64,000 nucleotides of DNA from an uncultured Acidobacteriota bacterium (GCA_963804995.1 CAWDSK010000001.1:448001-512000), one strand, 5' to 3'. Counted from the stretch's first letter, positions 38,762-50,177 are shown. Notes: generated by a model not told the origin, from the letters alone. Translations and numbers: made by a program.

Positions 38762-39155
38762 TCCAATTCTTTTTAGCAGGGATTTTGCGGCATTTGTAGC
38801 AGGCCGAGAATAAGAACAATTTGGTTGACGCTCCGCTGCGCTGCTGTCTGACGGCGAGAGTTGGCGTTAGGTCCAGAGGTGGAAAACCTGCACTTGCGGC
38901 TCGAACGCGGGGCCGGGAGGCCGGGCTCACCTTCACCGGCTCCCCTACTCTGCTTATGCAGGCCCACGACATTTTGTCAACGTGGAACTGTCCCAGTTGT
39001 TGCTCTCCGAGGGGCATAGCGGGCGTTGTCCCACTAAATTCCCCAACTACATGCGTTTTTTTCCTATGACATTTCACGTGCGGTTCTGCCGTGCTGCGAA
39101 TCCAGCCGGTAGTGATCGCCCGGATCGAAGCCTTCTTTAAAGCTGACCACTGCTT

Positions 39156-39983
39156 CTACCTTTTCGCACCCTCGTAACAACCCAGCACGCGCAGGAAATT
39201 GGTGACCTCGCCCAAATGTGCCAAGGCCTTCTTGCACCGGTCCTCTTTAATATTCCCAATGAAATCGAGATAGAAGAAGTACTCCCAAGGGCGGCCCCGC
39301 AACGGTCGAGATTCCATTTTGCTCAAGTCGATGTCGCGCAGGGCGAAGACGCTCAGACACTTGTATAGTGCGCCGGGGACGTTGCGGGTGGAGAACACGA
39401 TGGAAACCTTACCAGCGCGGGGCGAGACCCGCGCGGTTTTGGAGAGCAACAGAAAGCGCGTGTAGTTTTCGCGGTGATCCTCGAGGTGCGTGGTCAGAAT
39501 ACGCGCGTGATAGACCTCCGCGGCAATGCGGCTGGCGATGGCGGCCGCTCCACTCGGACGGCGCTCCGTCAGCATCTTGACGGAACCCGCCGTATCGTAA
39601 AACGGGATGCGCTCCACTTGCGGGTTCTTGACGAAGTAGTGGCTGCACTGGGCGAGCGCCACCGGGTGGGAATAGACCTGCCGCACATCCTTGCGCGCCG
39701 TTCCCGGCAGCACAATGAGGTTGTGGACGATGCGCAGGTTCACTTCACCCACAATATGCAGGTGATTCGCGAGGAGCAGGTCGAAGTTCTCGTACACGGA
39801 CCCTGCCAGGGTATTCTCAATCGGCACCAGGCAGAAATTGGCTCGGCCCCGGGTGACACTCTCAAAGGTAGCCGTGAAGGTCTCGCAGGGCAGCACGCGA
39901 ATGCGGCGGCCCAGGAGTTTGTAAGCTGCTTCTTCGCTGAACGAACCTCTCTCGCCTTGGAAGGCGACCAGAGATGTGGCCAT
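39156..39983 (-). CDS. pheA: Prephenate dehydratase
   Basis: FQGERGSFSE, PIENT, SHPVALAQC, NYTRF, ESRP ACT domain. Confidence 0.95.
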   Translation of the reverse strand: MATSLVAFQGERGSFSEEAAYKLLGRRIRVLPCETFTATFESVTRGRANFCLVPIENTLAGSVYENFDLLLANHLHIVGEVNLRIVHNLIVLPGTARKDVRQVYSHPVALAQCSHYFVKNPQVERIPFYDTAGSVKMLTERRPSGAAAIASRIAAEVYHARILTTHLEDHRENYTRFLLLSKTARVSPRAGKVSIVFSTRNVPGALYKCLSVFALRDIDLSKMESRPLRGRPWEYFFYLDFIGNIKEDRCKKALAHLGEVTNFLRVLGCYEGAKR

Positions 39984-40360
39984 GAGATGGAATCTCCCCT
40001 GTCATGAAGATGAAGAGAGGATGCTATCACGCGCAGGCAAGGCCTACAACCTCCGTCGGCGGCCTCTTCAGTGGATTGTTCCAAAAGGAGTGCGCGAGGA
40101 GTACACTTAGTGCGAGCGCAGGGAGCCGAAAGAGAAGAGTGTTTCAGGCGCCTGCTGAAAAACGGTGCAAAAGGATGTCACCTTGATCCCGCCTGCCGGG
40201 AGAGGAATGTGTGGTTTTGCCTATTCAAGGGCTGCTGAGGTTCTTCTTCAACTGCCGCGGCAACATTTTTGTAATTACAACCGCGGGGAAGTTTCCAGCC
40301 ACCTGTAGGGAGTAATCGAAAAACCCCCATTCGCGCGCCCACACCCAAACGAGGCCTACG

Positions 40361-42449
40361 ATGCGATTGAAGACCGTCCTGGTGATTCTCTTTGCAGTCA
40401 GCGGCGTGTTGGCCCAGGCGCCCCCCTCGCAGAAGCCGCTAACCAAGGAGACCATCCTCCAGCTCTTGAAAAACGATGTCACCAGCGAGCGTCTGGCTGA
40501 CTTCGTGGAACGCTACGGAATCGATTTTGAGCCGGCCGCCGATTTCCTGGAGACTTTGCGCAAAGACGGTGCTGGGGAGGTTCTGATCAACGCCTTGGGC
40601 ACGGCGAAAAGAGTGGGGACAGGTGCGAAGCCGGCGGGCTCACCGGAGATAACCGCGCGCGTGAAGGAACATCTCGATCGGGCGGAGCAGTCGGTGATCA
40701 ACGGCGACCACGAAGGCGCGATTTCCGAAGGCCGCCAGGCCGTGCAGATTGACTCCACAGAACTCCGAGGCCCACGCCACTCTTGCGGTGGGATTCCTGC
40801 TGAAAGGGGACTACGAGAGCGCTCTCAACGAATGCCATGAGGCCGCGCGCCTGGATCCCCAGAACGGTGACGCGCCGGCCAATTGCGCCTGGGCGCTTTA
40901 TCGAAGCGGCAAGCTGGAGGAAGCCTCGCCCGAATTGCGCCGAGCCCTGGAGCTCGCCCCCGCGAGCCCGCACGTGCATTTCGTGGCCGCCCTGGGGGCG
41001 TTGCAGCAAGGCAACGGGGACGACGCCATCGCCGAGTGCCACAAGGCGCTGGAGCTCGACCCCAACAACTTCGGCGCGCACGATGTTCTGGGGACGGCGC
41101 TCAACATCCAGAAGAAGTTTGACGAGGGCGCTGCGGAGGCTCGCGAAGCCATTGCGCCTGGCGCCGCGGAGTTCCGATGCCCATTCCCTGCTGGGTTGGT
41201 CACTGAGGGAGAAGGGAAAGCTGGACGACGCAACCAAGGAGGAGCGCACCGCCCTGGAACTGGATGCCAATAACGCGGTAGCCCACGAAATTCTGGCGGC
41301 AATACTCCTTTTGCAGGGCAAGCCCGACGAGGGCCTGGCCCGAAGCGCGGGAAGCCGTGCGGCTCGATCCCAAAGCTACCTGGGGGTATGAGCGCATGGT
41401 GTGGGCCTTGAACCTTAAAGGCCAGTACGATGAGGCCATCAAAGAGACGCGCAAGGCCATGCAGCTCGATCCGAAAATCACCTGGGGGCACGAGCATCTG
41501 GCGTGGTCGCTGGATTTGAAGGGCCAATACGACCAAGCCATCGCTGAGGCGCGGGAGGCCATCCAGCAAAACCCCAATGATGCGTGGGCGCATGAACGCT
41601 TGGCCTGGGCCCTGAACGCGCAGGGCAAGCCGGCGGAAGGGGAAGCCGGAAGCGCGCAAGGCCGTCCAGCTTGACCCCAAAAATGCTTGGGCCTACAACC
41701 GCCTGGCTTGGGCTCTGAACCTGCAAGACAAGTGGGACGACGCGCTGGTGGAAGCGCGTGAAGCAGTGCGGCTTGACCCCGGCGCTGCCGAAAACCATGG
41801 GATGCTGGCGTGGGCGCTGGCCGGAAAGGCTGACTACGATGGCGACTTGGCGGAATGCCGGGAGGCCTTGCGCTTGAACCCCAACCTGGCCTGGGTCCAC
41901 AACCTTGCTGCCTGGGCACTAATCATGAAGGGCAAGCTCGATGATGCCATCGTGGATGCGCGGCAGGCCATCCGTCTGGAGCCCAACAACGCTGATCTTC
42001 ACCTGCCTTTGGCGCAGGCGCTCGTCCAAAAAGGTGATTTCGAGGGCAGCCTGGCGGAAAGCCGCGAGGCATTACGATTGAGTCCCACGAACGCCACGGC
42101 ACACATTGATGCGGCTTGGGCATTGCTGGGGGAAAGCAAGCCCGATGCCGCGCTGGTGGATCTGAACGAGGTCCTTCGCTCCGACCCGAAAAACTCTGGG
42201 GCCCATTATCATGCGGCCTGGGCCTACATCCAAAAACACCAACCCGACCAGGCGATCATCGAGGCCCGCCTGGCCCTTCAAGGCGACCCCAATCAGCCCT
42301 ATTACCACAACATGATGGGCTGGGCCCTGGAAACGAAGGGCGATCCGCAGGGTGCCCTACAGGAATACCGCGCCGCCTATCTGCTCTCGCCCAATGACGC
42401 GAGCCTGAAGAGCAACTACGAACGCCTGCTCAATCAAACCAAGAAATAA
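40361..42449 (+). CDS. Secreted multi-TPR protein; four +1 frameshifts (~40750, 41150, 41340, 41650)
   Basis: Signal peptide; continuous TPR repeats (A..E.REA.RLDP.NA.AH..LAW.L) over five ORF pieces. Confidence 0.8.
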
Positions 42450-42487
42450 AATGGCTGCCGGATTGGTCTGCAGAGGAAGCAGCGCTG

Positions 42488-43084
42488 TCAGGTTGTTCCG
42501 AGGAGCCCGCGGAAGAAGAATTCGGTATAAGCCTGGCCAAGCTCTTCCTGCGAGATGGGGCCCTCAGTGGAATACCACTGATAGAGCCAATTGATCATTC
42601 CCAGCAGGGCGAAGGCGGCGAGGCGGGGTTTTACCAGGGGTGGTCTTCCGCTTTGTTCCTGGACCCGCGCGATCAGGTCGACAAGATACTCGATGTAAGC
42701 CCGTTTGCGGGCGTTCAGCTTTTTGCGCAAGCCGCCGCCGAGCGAGCGGTTTTCGTGGAGGATCACGGTGATTTCCTGGTCGCGGGCGCGCACGATCAGG
42801 TCGATGTGGCCGAGGATGGTTCGCCGGAGCTTTTCGCGGGGGTCGGCGACGTCTTTGATGGGGGCGAGCACCGTCTCATCCAGGATGTCCATGCCGTAAT
42901 TCTGAATCTCGAAGAGCAGGCGATCCTTGCTGCCCACGTGGTGATAGAGGCCAGCCTTGGTGAGACCCACCGCTTCGGCGATGTCCTGCATCGAGGCGCC
43001 ATCGTAGCTCTTGGCATAGAAGACCCGCGCCGCGATGCGGCAAATCTCACGTAGTTTCTGTTTGGTTTCGCGAGCTTGAGCCAT
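42488..43084 (-). CDS. TetR/AcrR family regulator (KstR2/PaaR-like C-terminus)
   Basis: SMQDIAEAVGLTKAGLYHH..K; GMINWLYQWY. Confidence 0.92.
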   Translation of the reverse strand: MAQARETKQKLREICRIAARVFYAKSYDGASMQDIAEAVGLTKAGLYHHVGSKDRLLFEIQNYGMDILDETVLAPIKDVADPREKLRRTILGHIDLIVRARDQEITVILHENRSLGGGLRKKLNARKRAYIEYLVDLIARVQEQSGRPPLVKPRLAAFALLGMINWLYQWYSTEGPISQEELGQAYTEFFFRGLLGTT

Positions 43085-43217
43085 GGCAGGTTAATCCCCG
43101 CGTCACTAGACGCAGTGTAACACAAGAGGCAACGGCAAGCATGCAGTTTCTAGGATGGTGAATGCGGAGAGCGGGTCGCTACGTGTTACGTAAGAGGGAT
43201 AATATCGAGAAGCTTAA

Positions 43218-43302
43218 TGGTGCGAAAGGGGGGACTCGAACCCCCACCCCTTGCGGGACCAGATCCTAAGTCTGGCGCGTCTGCCAATTCCGCCACTTTC
43301 GC
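43218..43302 (-). tRNA. tRNA-Leu (TAG)
   Basis: GCGAAAG..CTTTCGC-A-CCA, long variable arm, anticodon TAG. Confidence 0.97.
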
Positions 43303-43438
43303 GCGCGAGTTATTATAGCGTATCGAAAAGCCCTTCGCCTGCCCTCGGCGTCCGCTCCGCCTGCTTTCCCGGATATTGACTCTGACCGATGATCACCATA
43401 GTCTGGAAGTGATTCGCTGAAACAATTCCTGGAGTGCC

Positions 43439-44377
43439 TTGATGAACAGTCGCAAAAGACTCGGCCGTGCCCTGGTCACGATGATCGCCTTAGGACTGCT
43501 GAGCGGATTGCCCCTGTATGCGCAGGGGACACCGCCCGAAATCGCCAAAGATCCGCTTCTCGAAACGCTGAATGGTGAATTTCGCATGCAGTACCAGCGC
43601 GCCTTGGCGGAGTCACTCGCGGAGGCGGGGCCGGTGATTCTCGAGGAGGGTGACAACCTTATTCTGGTTCGCAAGGGCCAGCGGACCACCGCACTGGTGA
43701 AGCCGGTCGAGTATCACGAGCTCAAGGCTGTCGCGCACATCCCCCTGGCGCTTTTCGTAATGCTGGGGTTTCCTCAGGAGACGACCCTCTCCGACGACCG
43801 CTTGCAGCGTCTCAGGCATTACCGCGAGTTGATGGTGAACGCGCGCGCAACCTTGCCGGGCCGGCACTTCACGCCGGAACAACTCCAGCGGCAGCAGCGT
43901 ATTTTCGCCGCCTCTTTCGAGTTGCTGGATGGAGTTCTGGCGAAGGGTCAAGTCAACCCGCAAACACTGGAAAACTTTACGCGACAACTCGGGCCGCTGC
44001 TCCTCGCAAATGTCACGGACGCGACAGCGGCGGAGATGCGCGAACTCTACGCGACCTTGGCGGCCTGGCGGAACGAACTGAGCCCGGGGGAGTGGAAGGC
44101 GTTGCACGTCGTCATGATTGGCCCCCACATGCCGCGCGAGCAGGAATGCTCAATCCAATTTTTCGAGCGTCTTTTCCGTGAGCCTGGAGAAGGCAAGCGC
44201 ATCATTTATGCCGAGGCCCTGTGGAACGAAAAAGACGCGCTCAACCTGCTCGCCACGCATGTGGTGGACGAAGCCGCGGGCACAGCTTTCTTCGGCGACC
44301 CGATGCGCATGCACCGTGATTTGCTGGCCGATGCGGCCAAGGCGTACCTCGATACGCATCCCCTCGCACCGTATTGA
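43439..44377 (+). CDS. Secreted hypothetical protein
   Basis: Signal peptide LYA-Q; coding-like composition; YHELKAVAHIP and FFGDPMRMHRDLL motifs. Confidence 0.8.
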   Translation: MMNSRKRLGRALVTMIALGLLSGLPLYAQGTPPEIAKDPLLETLNGEFRMQYQRALAESLAEAGPVILEEGDNLILVRKGQRTTALVKPVEYHELKAVAHIPLALFVMLGFPQETTLSDDRLQRLRHYRELMVNARATLPGRHFTPEQLQRQQRIFAASFELLDGVLAKGQVNPQTLENFTRQLGPLLLANVTDATAAEMRELYATLAAWRNELSPGEWKALHVVMIGPHMPREQECSIQFFERLFREPGEGKRIIYAEALWNEKDALNLLATHVVDEAAGTAFFGDPMRMHRDLLADAAKAYLDTHPLAPY

Positions 44378-44520
44378 TTCACCTGGCGAAGGCTCTAAGG
44401 GGACACACTTCTGCCGAACCCTTATTATTTCCCTGTTGAGCCGGCGGCTGGCCCGACCGGGTGGTGATATCTAAAAATCCCGCTCCCAATTTGCGCATCT
44501 ACTGTTACATTACCTCCCTC

Positions 44521-46168
44521 ATGCATCCCTACTTCAAAGTAGTTCTGGCGATTCTTGCGACTTTCCTCGGGCTGTTGATTCTGCACCTGCCGCTGCTTCG
44601 CCTGCCGTATTTCTGGGACGAAGCGGGGTATTACGTTCCCGCGGCGCTCGATTTCTACCGCGCCGGTCTGCTCATCCCCACCAGTACGCTGCCGGTGGGC
44701 CACACGCCGCTGGTCATGGTCTACCTTGGACTCGCCTGGCGTGTATGGGGATATTCTCCCTGGGTTACACGTACCGCGATGACACTCATCGCCGCGTCGA
44801 CCCTCGCAGCTCTGTATACCTTGGGGCGGCGCGTTGCGACCCGCGAAATTGCCGGTCTTGAGCACCATCCTGCTGGCACTCTCACCGCTATTCTTCGCTC
44901 AAAGCACACTTGTGCATCTGGATCTTGCCGTAGCGCTCTTCACCACCCTGGCGGTTTTATTCCTGCTCGGAGATTCACTTTGGCTCTTCGCTCTGGCAGC
45001 GTCGCTGGCGGTTCTGAGCAAAGAGACCGCCGTCGTCTTGCTGCCTGTAGCATGGATTTATGTGTGGCGAAGGAATCGAGGGCATGCGACGGGGCAGGCA
45101 GCCTCATTCCGAGCCTGGATCGCCCTGGGCGCGCCGCTTGTGCCACTGGCGGCTTGGGCACTTTACTACCACCACGGCACGGGTTACTGGACCGGTAACC
45201 GCGAGTACTTAAGCTACAACTTGTACTCAACCCTTTCTCCCTTTCGAGTTTTCTGGACTCTGTTACGGCGCGTTTATGAACTCTTTCTCAGCGGATTCAA
45301 TTGGCTGCTTACGGCGTGCGCGCCCGTGGGGCTTTGGTGGGGAAGGAAGCGTGAGGAACGGGATACGGGATACGGGATACGGGATACAGGACGTGGGAAC
45401 CGGGATACGGGACACGCGACACGGGAATCGGATCTCGGGAATCGGGGTGCGAGTTCCGGAGGTTCCCCGTATCCCGTATCCCGTGTCCCGTGTCCCGACT
45501 CTAAAACCCCTCCCTGGCGGCCATTCATTTTTTTGACCGCGGGGCTGGTGGCAATCTATCTGCTCCTGTTGAGTGTGACAGGTGGGGCCATCCTACCGCG
45601 CTATCTGCTCCCGGTAATGCCTCTGTTCTACCTCGTCGGGGTGGCCCTGGTAACGCGCTTGCCGCGCTCCCTCTCCCGGCTCATCTGCCTGACGACGGCA
45701 GCCTGCTTTGTTTGGGCGTGGTTTATCAATCCACCTTGCTCGTTTCCATATGAAGACAACCTCTCTTATGCGGACTTTGTCCGGCTGCACGAACAGGCAG
45801 CGCATTATTTGGAAACACAGCCCGGCGACCTGCGCATTCTGACGGCGTGGCCGGCGACTGACGAACTGGCGCGACCCAACCTCGGTTACGTGCGAAAGCC
45901 GCTGCGCGTTGTTCCTGTTGAGGGATTCGGGCCACGGGAATTGGATGGTGTGGGTCTTGATTCCTTCGACTTGCTGTATTCCTATTCCCGCAAGTGGGAA
46001 CCGTCCGGCAACTGGGTGGCGCGCTTTCCGTTCTGGCTGCAATTGCAAGAGCGCTACTTCGATTATCGGCCGCAAATCGGGGCAGAGGATCTAGTCGCGC
46101 GCTATCACTTGAAATTGCAGGCTGAGTTCACCCAACGCGGCCAGTGGGTACGGATTTATTCCTGGTAG
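44521..46168 (+). CDS. GT-C (family 39/ArnT/PMT-like) membrane glycosyltransferase; +1 frameshift near 44855; in-frame heptamer insertion
   Basis: PYFWDEAGYY, HTPL, LSKETA, PRYLLP; many TM helices. Confidence 0.8.
45358..45497. repeat. Inverted heptamer arrays (CGGGATA)n ... (TATCCCG)n inside a coding region
   Basis: Translates as RDTGYGIRDTG..PYPVSRVPCP. Confidence 0.85.
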
Positions 46169-46859
46169 GCAAAACGCCGCAGCCCACAAGCACGTTGTGG
46201 GAGTCCCGAAGGAGTTGCGATTCTCCCATGTCTTGTGCGGTAGTCGGCCCGCTACTTGGGCTTGCAAGCGCCCTTAGTAGTTATGCCGGCGCTTATAGGC
46301 CGTTGCCGCTCTTTCTTCTTGTGCCCTTCCCGATCCATAACATCACGGGCTGGCGCTGACCGCCGATCTTGGGGGTCTGCGACAAGCCGCAGGAAGGCCG
46401 CACCACTTTGTTCGGACAATTTGTGCGCTCTTTTGCATTTTAGGGCTACCGGTAGCCCAGACCTATACATTGCCTATTGACATAGCCCAGTCGAATAAGA
46501 GCACAATAGAGGTGAGGAAGCGCAGCGCGCCGATGCGTCCAGACGAGCTTTAACACAGAGGTCACGGAGATGCTCTGGGCGCTCGATATTAAAGCTTGCC
46601 AGGCACAGGTCAGCACAAGCCTATGTAGCGCCGACCTTGAGAGCCTGCCCTGAGCACCGCGAAGGGTCGGCACATGCTGAACTAAAGTTCAGCACTACAA
46701 AATTGGCCGCGGCTTTCCATTATGTGTCGCAAACAAAAGGGGTTAACGGTGAAGAGGAGAAATCTTGCGGCAGTCTATATGATTGAGATTAAGACAGTTA
46801 ATAGTTCTGAGTGGCCAAGGTAGCAAAAAACGCGGGGGGGAAAAAATGAAGGATAGTCT

Positions 46860-46985
46860 CGCGATGTTGTTGAAAACAAATGGTGGCAAAATGTCACTTT
46901 ATTGCCTTGCCATGATATTGATGAAACCAAAGGAGATATAGCCTGCTTGCCATTATGTTGATGAAAATACAAGGAGTTATTGAAC
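46860..46985. repeat. AT-rich imperfect repeats ATGTTG(T/A)TGAAAA(C)AAA
   Basis: Three copies ~40-50 bp apart near 46863, 46914 and 46955. Confidence 0.6.
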
Positions 46986-47415
46986 ATGACGGAGAGGAGG
47001 GAAGAAGAGAGAATCACTCGGATGAGAGAAAGATGGCCGCAAAGCTAAAGTCCGACCTTCGGTGCTCAGGGAAGAAGCCAAGTTCACAAAAGCGGTTACC
47101 AGCGATAAGAAACCGGTAAAGCCCGATAGTGAAAAGGCGCCAACTCCAACGCCCCAACCCCAGCGTGACACACCTTCCCACTTCGGTTATCGGTAGGTTG
47201 TCACACGAAGATGAGCCCCCAAAACGACTTAGACTTGGAGAGTCCTTCAATCACCCGATCACCCGATGGCCCGATGACCCGATCAGCCAATGGCCCCTGT
47301 TGTGCTACATATAGTCTGGGTCCATTCTCAATCTGTGGCGGAATTCGCAGACCATCCGATTCCCTGACCCGCGCCTGAAGTCCCGACCCGCTGATATCGC
47401 GTCCGAGGCGTCCCT

Positions 47416-48426
47416 ATGTTGAAGCCACCTGCCAACTCAACCCGGCGCAACTTCTTGAAGGGCGGAATTTCCCTGGGCGGCGCGCTCTGGGGGCTCAATT
47501 TGGGAGGGGGCGGTGCGGCCGGGTCACCCTCGACTACGGAGGCAGGACGCTCGCGGGTCGTTATCGCCCGCGACCCCAGGGTTCGCAACGCCGCTTCCAG
47601 TTTCGACTCCGCGCAAGTGGCGAAACTCCTCGACCGCGCCTTGGAAGCTTCGTTCCATGTCGACTCGGCCCTTGAAGCGTGGAAGCAAGTCGTTCATCCG
47701 GGTGAGGTGGTGGGACTGAAGGTAAACTGCCTGGGGGGCCGCGGCAACGCCACGCACCCGGAACTGGTGGAAGCGATTACGGAGCGTTTGCGGCAGGCGG
47801 GTATCACTGAGATCGTGGTCTGGGAGCGGCAGAACTCAGACCTTGAGCACGCCCGCTACAAGATTGTCGAGCACGGTTCGGGCCTGCGCTGTTTTGGCAA
47901 CGACACGCTGGGTTTTGAGGATGAACTATCGACCTTCGGCCAGGCGGGCAGCCGCCTCTGCCAAACGCTCACGCGAGTTTGCGACGCGGTCATCAACCTG
48001 CCGGTGCTCAAGGACCACGGTATCGCTGGCGTCACACTGGCGCTCAAGAGCATGTTCGGGGCGATTCACAACCCCAACAAGTATCATTTGAATGCTGGTG
48101 ATCCCTACGTGGCAGACATCAATGCGCTGGCCCCCCTTCGCCAGAAGCTTCGCCTGCATATCTGCGATGGCCTTAACGCACAATACGAGGGTGGACCGTC
48201 CTACATGCCGCAGTGGATGTGGCCGTTCAACGGGTTGCTGGTGGCACGCGACCCGGTAGCACTCGACTATGTGGGTTGGAAGATCATAGAGAAGAAACGG
48301 GCTGAAGCCGGCATGAAGCCGCTCAGGGAACTGAAGCGAGAGCCCACGTACATCACGACCGCCGCCGACGCTGAGCACGGCCTGGGCACGTGCGATCCGC
48401 AGCGCATTGAGCAGGTGGAAATTTGA
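47416..48426 (+). CDS. DUF362 domain protein with Tat signal
   Basis: TRRNFLK; VGLKVN, INLPVLKDH..GVTLALKSMFG, DPVALD. Confidence 0.88.
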   Translation: MLKPPANSTRRNFLKGGISLGGALWGLNLGGGGAAGSPSTTEAGRSRVVIARDPRVRNAASSFDSAQVAKLLDRALEASFHVDSALEAWKQVVHPGEVVGLKVNCLGGRGNATHPELVEAITERLRQAGITEIVVWERQNSDLEHARYKIVEHGSGLRCFGNDTLGFEDELSTFGQAGSRLCQTLTRVCDAVINLPVLKDHGIAGVTLALKSMFGAIHNPNKYHLNAGDPYVADINALAPLRQKLRLHICDGLNAQYEGGPSYMPQWMWPFNGLLVARDPVALDYVGWKIIEKKRAEAGMKPLRELKREPTYITTAADAEHGLGTCDPQRIEQVEI

Positions 48427-48465
48427 TGAGCATTGATCGTTGCATAGATTTCGTTGGACCTTGCG

Positions 48466-48603
48466 ACCCCCTCACCCCCCTGCCCCTCTGTTGCCGCGGC
48501 GACCGAGGGGGAGAGTTCGTTTCTTCTACCCTCGCCCCTTTGGGGGAGAGGGTGGACCGCCGCCGGCGCTTTCACCAGCCGGGGCGGGACGGGTGAGGGG
48601 GTC
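48466..48603 (-). repeat. CCCTCACCC-type palindromic repeat (inverted copy)
   Basis: Reverse complement of the 35843-35979 core. Confidence 0.8.
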
Positions 48604-48644
48604 GACAATTGAGTGACATTTGTGAATTACACAACTAAAACATT

Positions 48645-49790
48645 TTGAACGCCGTCGACCGCCGCGCCTTTTTAAAAGCCGCTTCGCTGCCCTGTTTCGC
48701 GGCCTGCGGCGGGGCCCTGGTGGGGGCACGGCTTGCCGCGCCCTTGTTCGCCGCGCCTGCCGCCGAGAACGACGAGCAGTTCATCAAGGAAGCGAAGTTT
48801 TACGAAAAGCTGGCCTATAAAAAGATCAAGTGCAAACTCTGCCCGCGCGAGTGCGTGATTGACGACCAGGAGCGCGGTTACTGTGGCGTGCGCGAGAATC
48901 GCGGCGGCACCTACTACACGCTGGTGCATTCGCGCGTGGTGACGGCGCACATTGATCCCATTGAGAAGAAACCTTTCTTCCATTTTCTGCCCGGCGCCGT
49001 GGCTTTCTCACTCGCCACCGCGGGATGCAACGTTAACTGCAAGATGTGCCAGAATTGGGAGATTTCCCAGGTGCGTCCGGAGCAGGTGCGCAGCGTCTAT
49101 TTACCACCAGAAAGACTCACTGGGTTCGCGCAGCAAAATCACTGCCCGGTCATTGCCTACACTTACAGCGAGCCGGTGGTGTTTGCCGAGTATGTGCTTG
49201 ACAGCGCTGCCGCGGCACGGGCGGCGGGCATCCGAACGGTGGTGGTGAGCGGCGGGTACATTCAGACTGACCCACTCCAGAAGCTCAGCGCGCACGTCGA
49301 CGCCATCAAGATTGACCTGAAAGCGTACTCCGAAAAGTTCTATAAGGAAGTAGTGAATGGCGAGCTCAAGCCGGTTCTGGAAGCGCTCGTCACCCTGCGC
49401 AAAACCGGCGTGTGGAACGAGATTGTTTATCTCGTGGTGCCCACGCTCAATGACACGGATGCGGAGTTCCAAGGCCTGGCGCGCTGGGTCAAATCCGAAC
49501 TCGGCCCCGACGTGCCGCTGCACTTCTCGCGTTTTCATCCCGAGTACTTGCTCAAGAACCTGCCGCCCACGCCCATCGAAACGCTGGAGCGCGCCAAGGC
49601 CATCGCCGATGCCGAGGGGCTTCACTACGTGTACATCGGCAACGTCCCCGGCCATCCGGCGGAGAGCACCTACTGCCCCCATTGCCGGAAGAAAGTCGTG
49701 GACCGCACCGGTTACACTATTGCCGGAATCTATCTGCACCACGGCAAGTGCCAGTTCTGCCAGACGACGATTCCTGGAGTGTGGGCGTGA
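48645..49790 (+). CDS. amrS: AmmeMemoRadiSam radical SAM enzyme with Tat-like signal
   Basis: DRRAFLK; CKLCPREC, GYCGVR, DPIEKKP, GCNVNCKMCQNWEISQ, YVYIGNV, CPHC..CQFC. Confidence 0.92.
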   Translation: MNAVDRRAFLKAASLPCFAACGGALVGARLAAPLFAAPAAENDEQFIKEAKFYEKLAYKKIKCKLCPRECVIDDQERGYCGVRENRGGTYYTLVHSRVVTAHIDPIEKKPFFHFLPGAVAFSLATAGCNVNCKMCQNWEISQVRPEQVRSVYLPPERLTGFAQQNHCPVIAYTYSEPVVFAEYVLDSAAAARAAGIRTVVVSGGYIQTDPLQKLSAHVDAIKIDLKAYSEKFYKEVVNGELKPVLEALVTLRKTGVWNEIVYLVVPTLNDTDAEFQGLARWVKSELGPDVPLHFSRFHPEYLLKNLPPTPIETLERAKAIADAEGLHYVYIGNVPGHPAESTYCPHCRKKVVDRTGYTIAGIYLHHGKCQFCQTTIPGVWA

Positions 49791-49857
49791 GAGAGATCAG
49801 GCAGTGGGCAGATGGGCAGGTGGGCAGGTAGAGAGAAAGAGAATAGGATGGAGACGT

Positions 49858-50130
49858 ATGGGGAACGGACAGGCAGGAGAAACCCCAAGGAGGAGCGATG
49901 AGGGCAGGATTCGGTCCTATCGCGACCTGCGGGTTGGCAGGGATAGTATAGGTGAATACCTTCAGTTTCTCAGGATTTCGCAGGGCTCGTTGAAGGAACT
50001 GGAAACCCACTTGATCCTTTGCACGCGCGTCAGCCTTATGACTGCGGTACAGGCTCAAAGTACCTTGGAGCATTGTGATCGCTTAGGAAAAATGTTGCAC
50101 CGATTGATCCGGTCGCTCCAGGGTTCTTAG
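49858..50130 (+). pseudogene. Internally deleted four-helix-bundle (23S rRNA IVP/Avd-like) gene flanked by inverted heptamer arrays
   Basis: IRSYRDLRV fused directly to GR..EYLQFLRISQGSLKELETHL..GKML..LIRSL; (TGGGCAG)n upstream, (CTGCCCA)n downstream. Confidence 0.8.
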
Positions 50131-50177
50131 CCACTGCCCATCTGCCAACTGCCCATCTGCTTGTTGAAGGTGATGCC

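Noticed and set aside
46860..46985. Possible CRISPR array
   Set aside because: Only three degenerate units, irregular spacing, no cas genes in the window
49858..50130. Diversity-generating retroelement (Avd-like gene)
   Set aside because: No reverse transcriptase or TR/VR pair in the window
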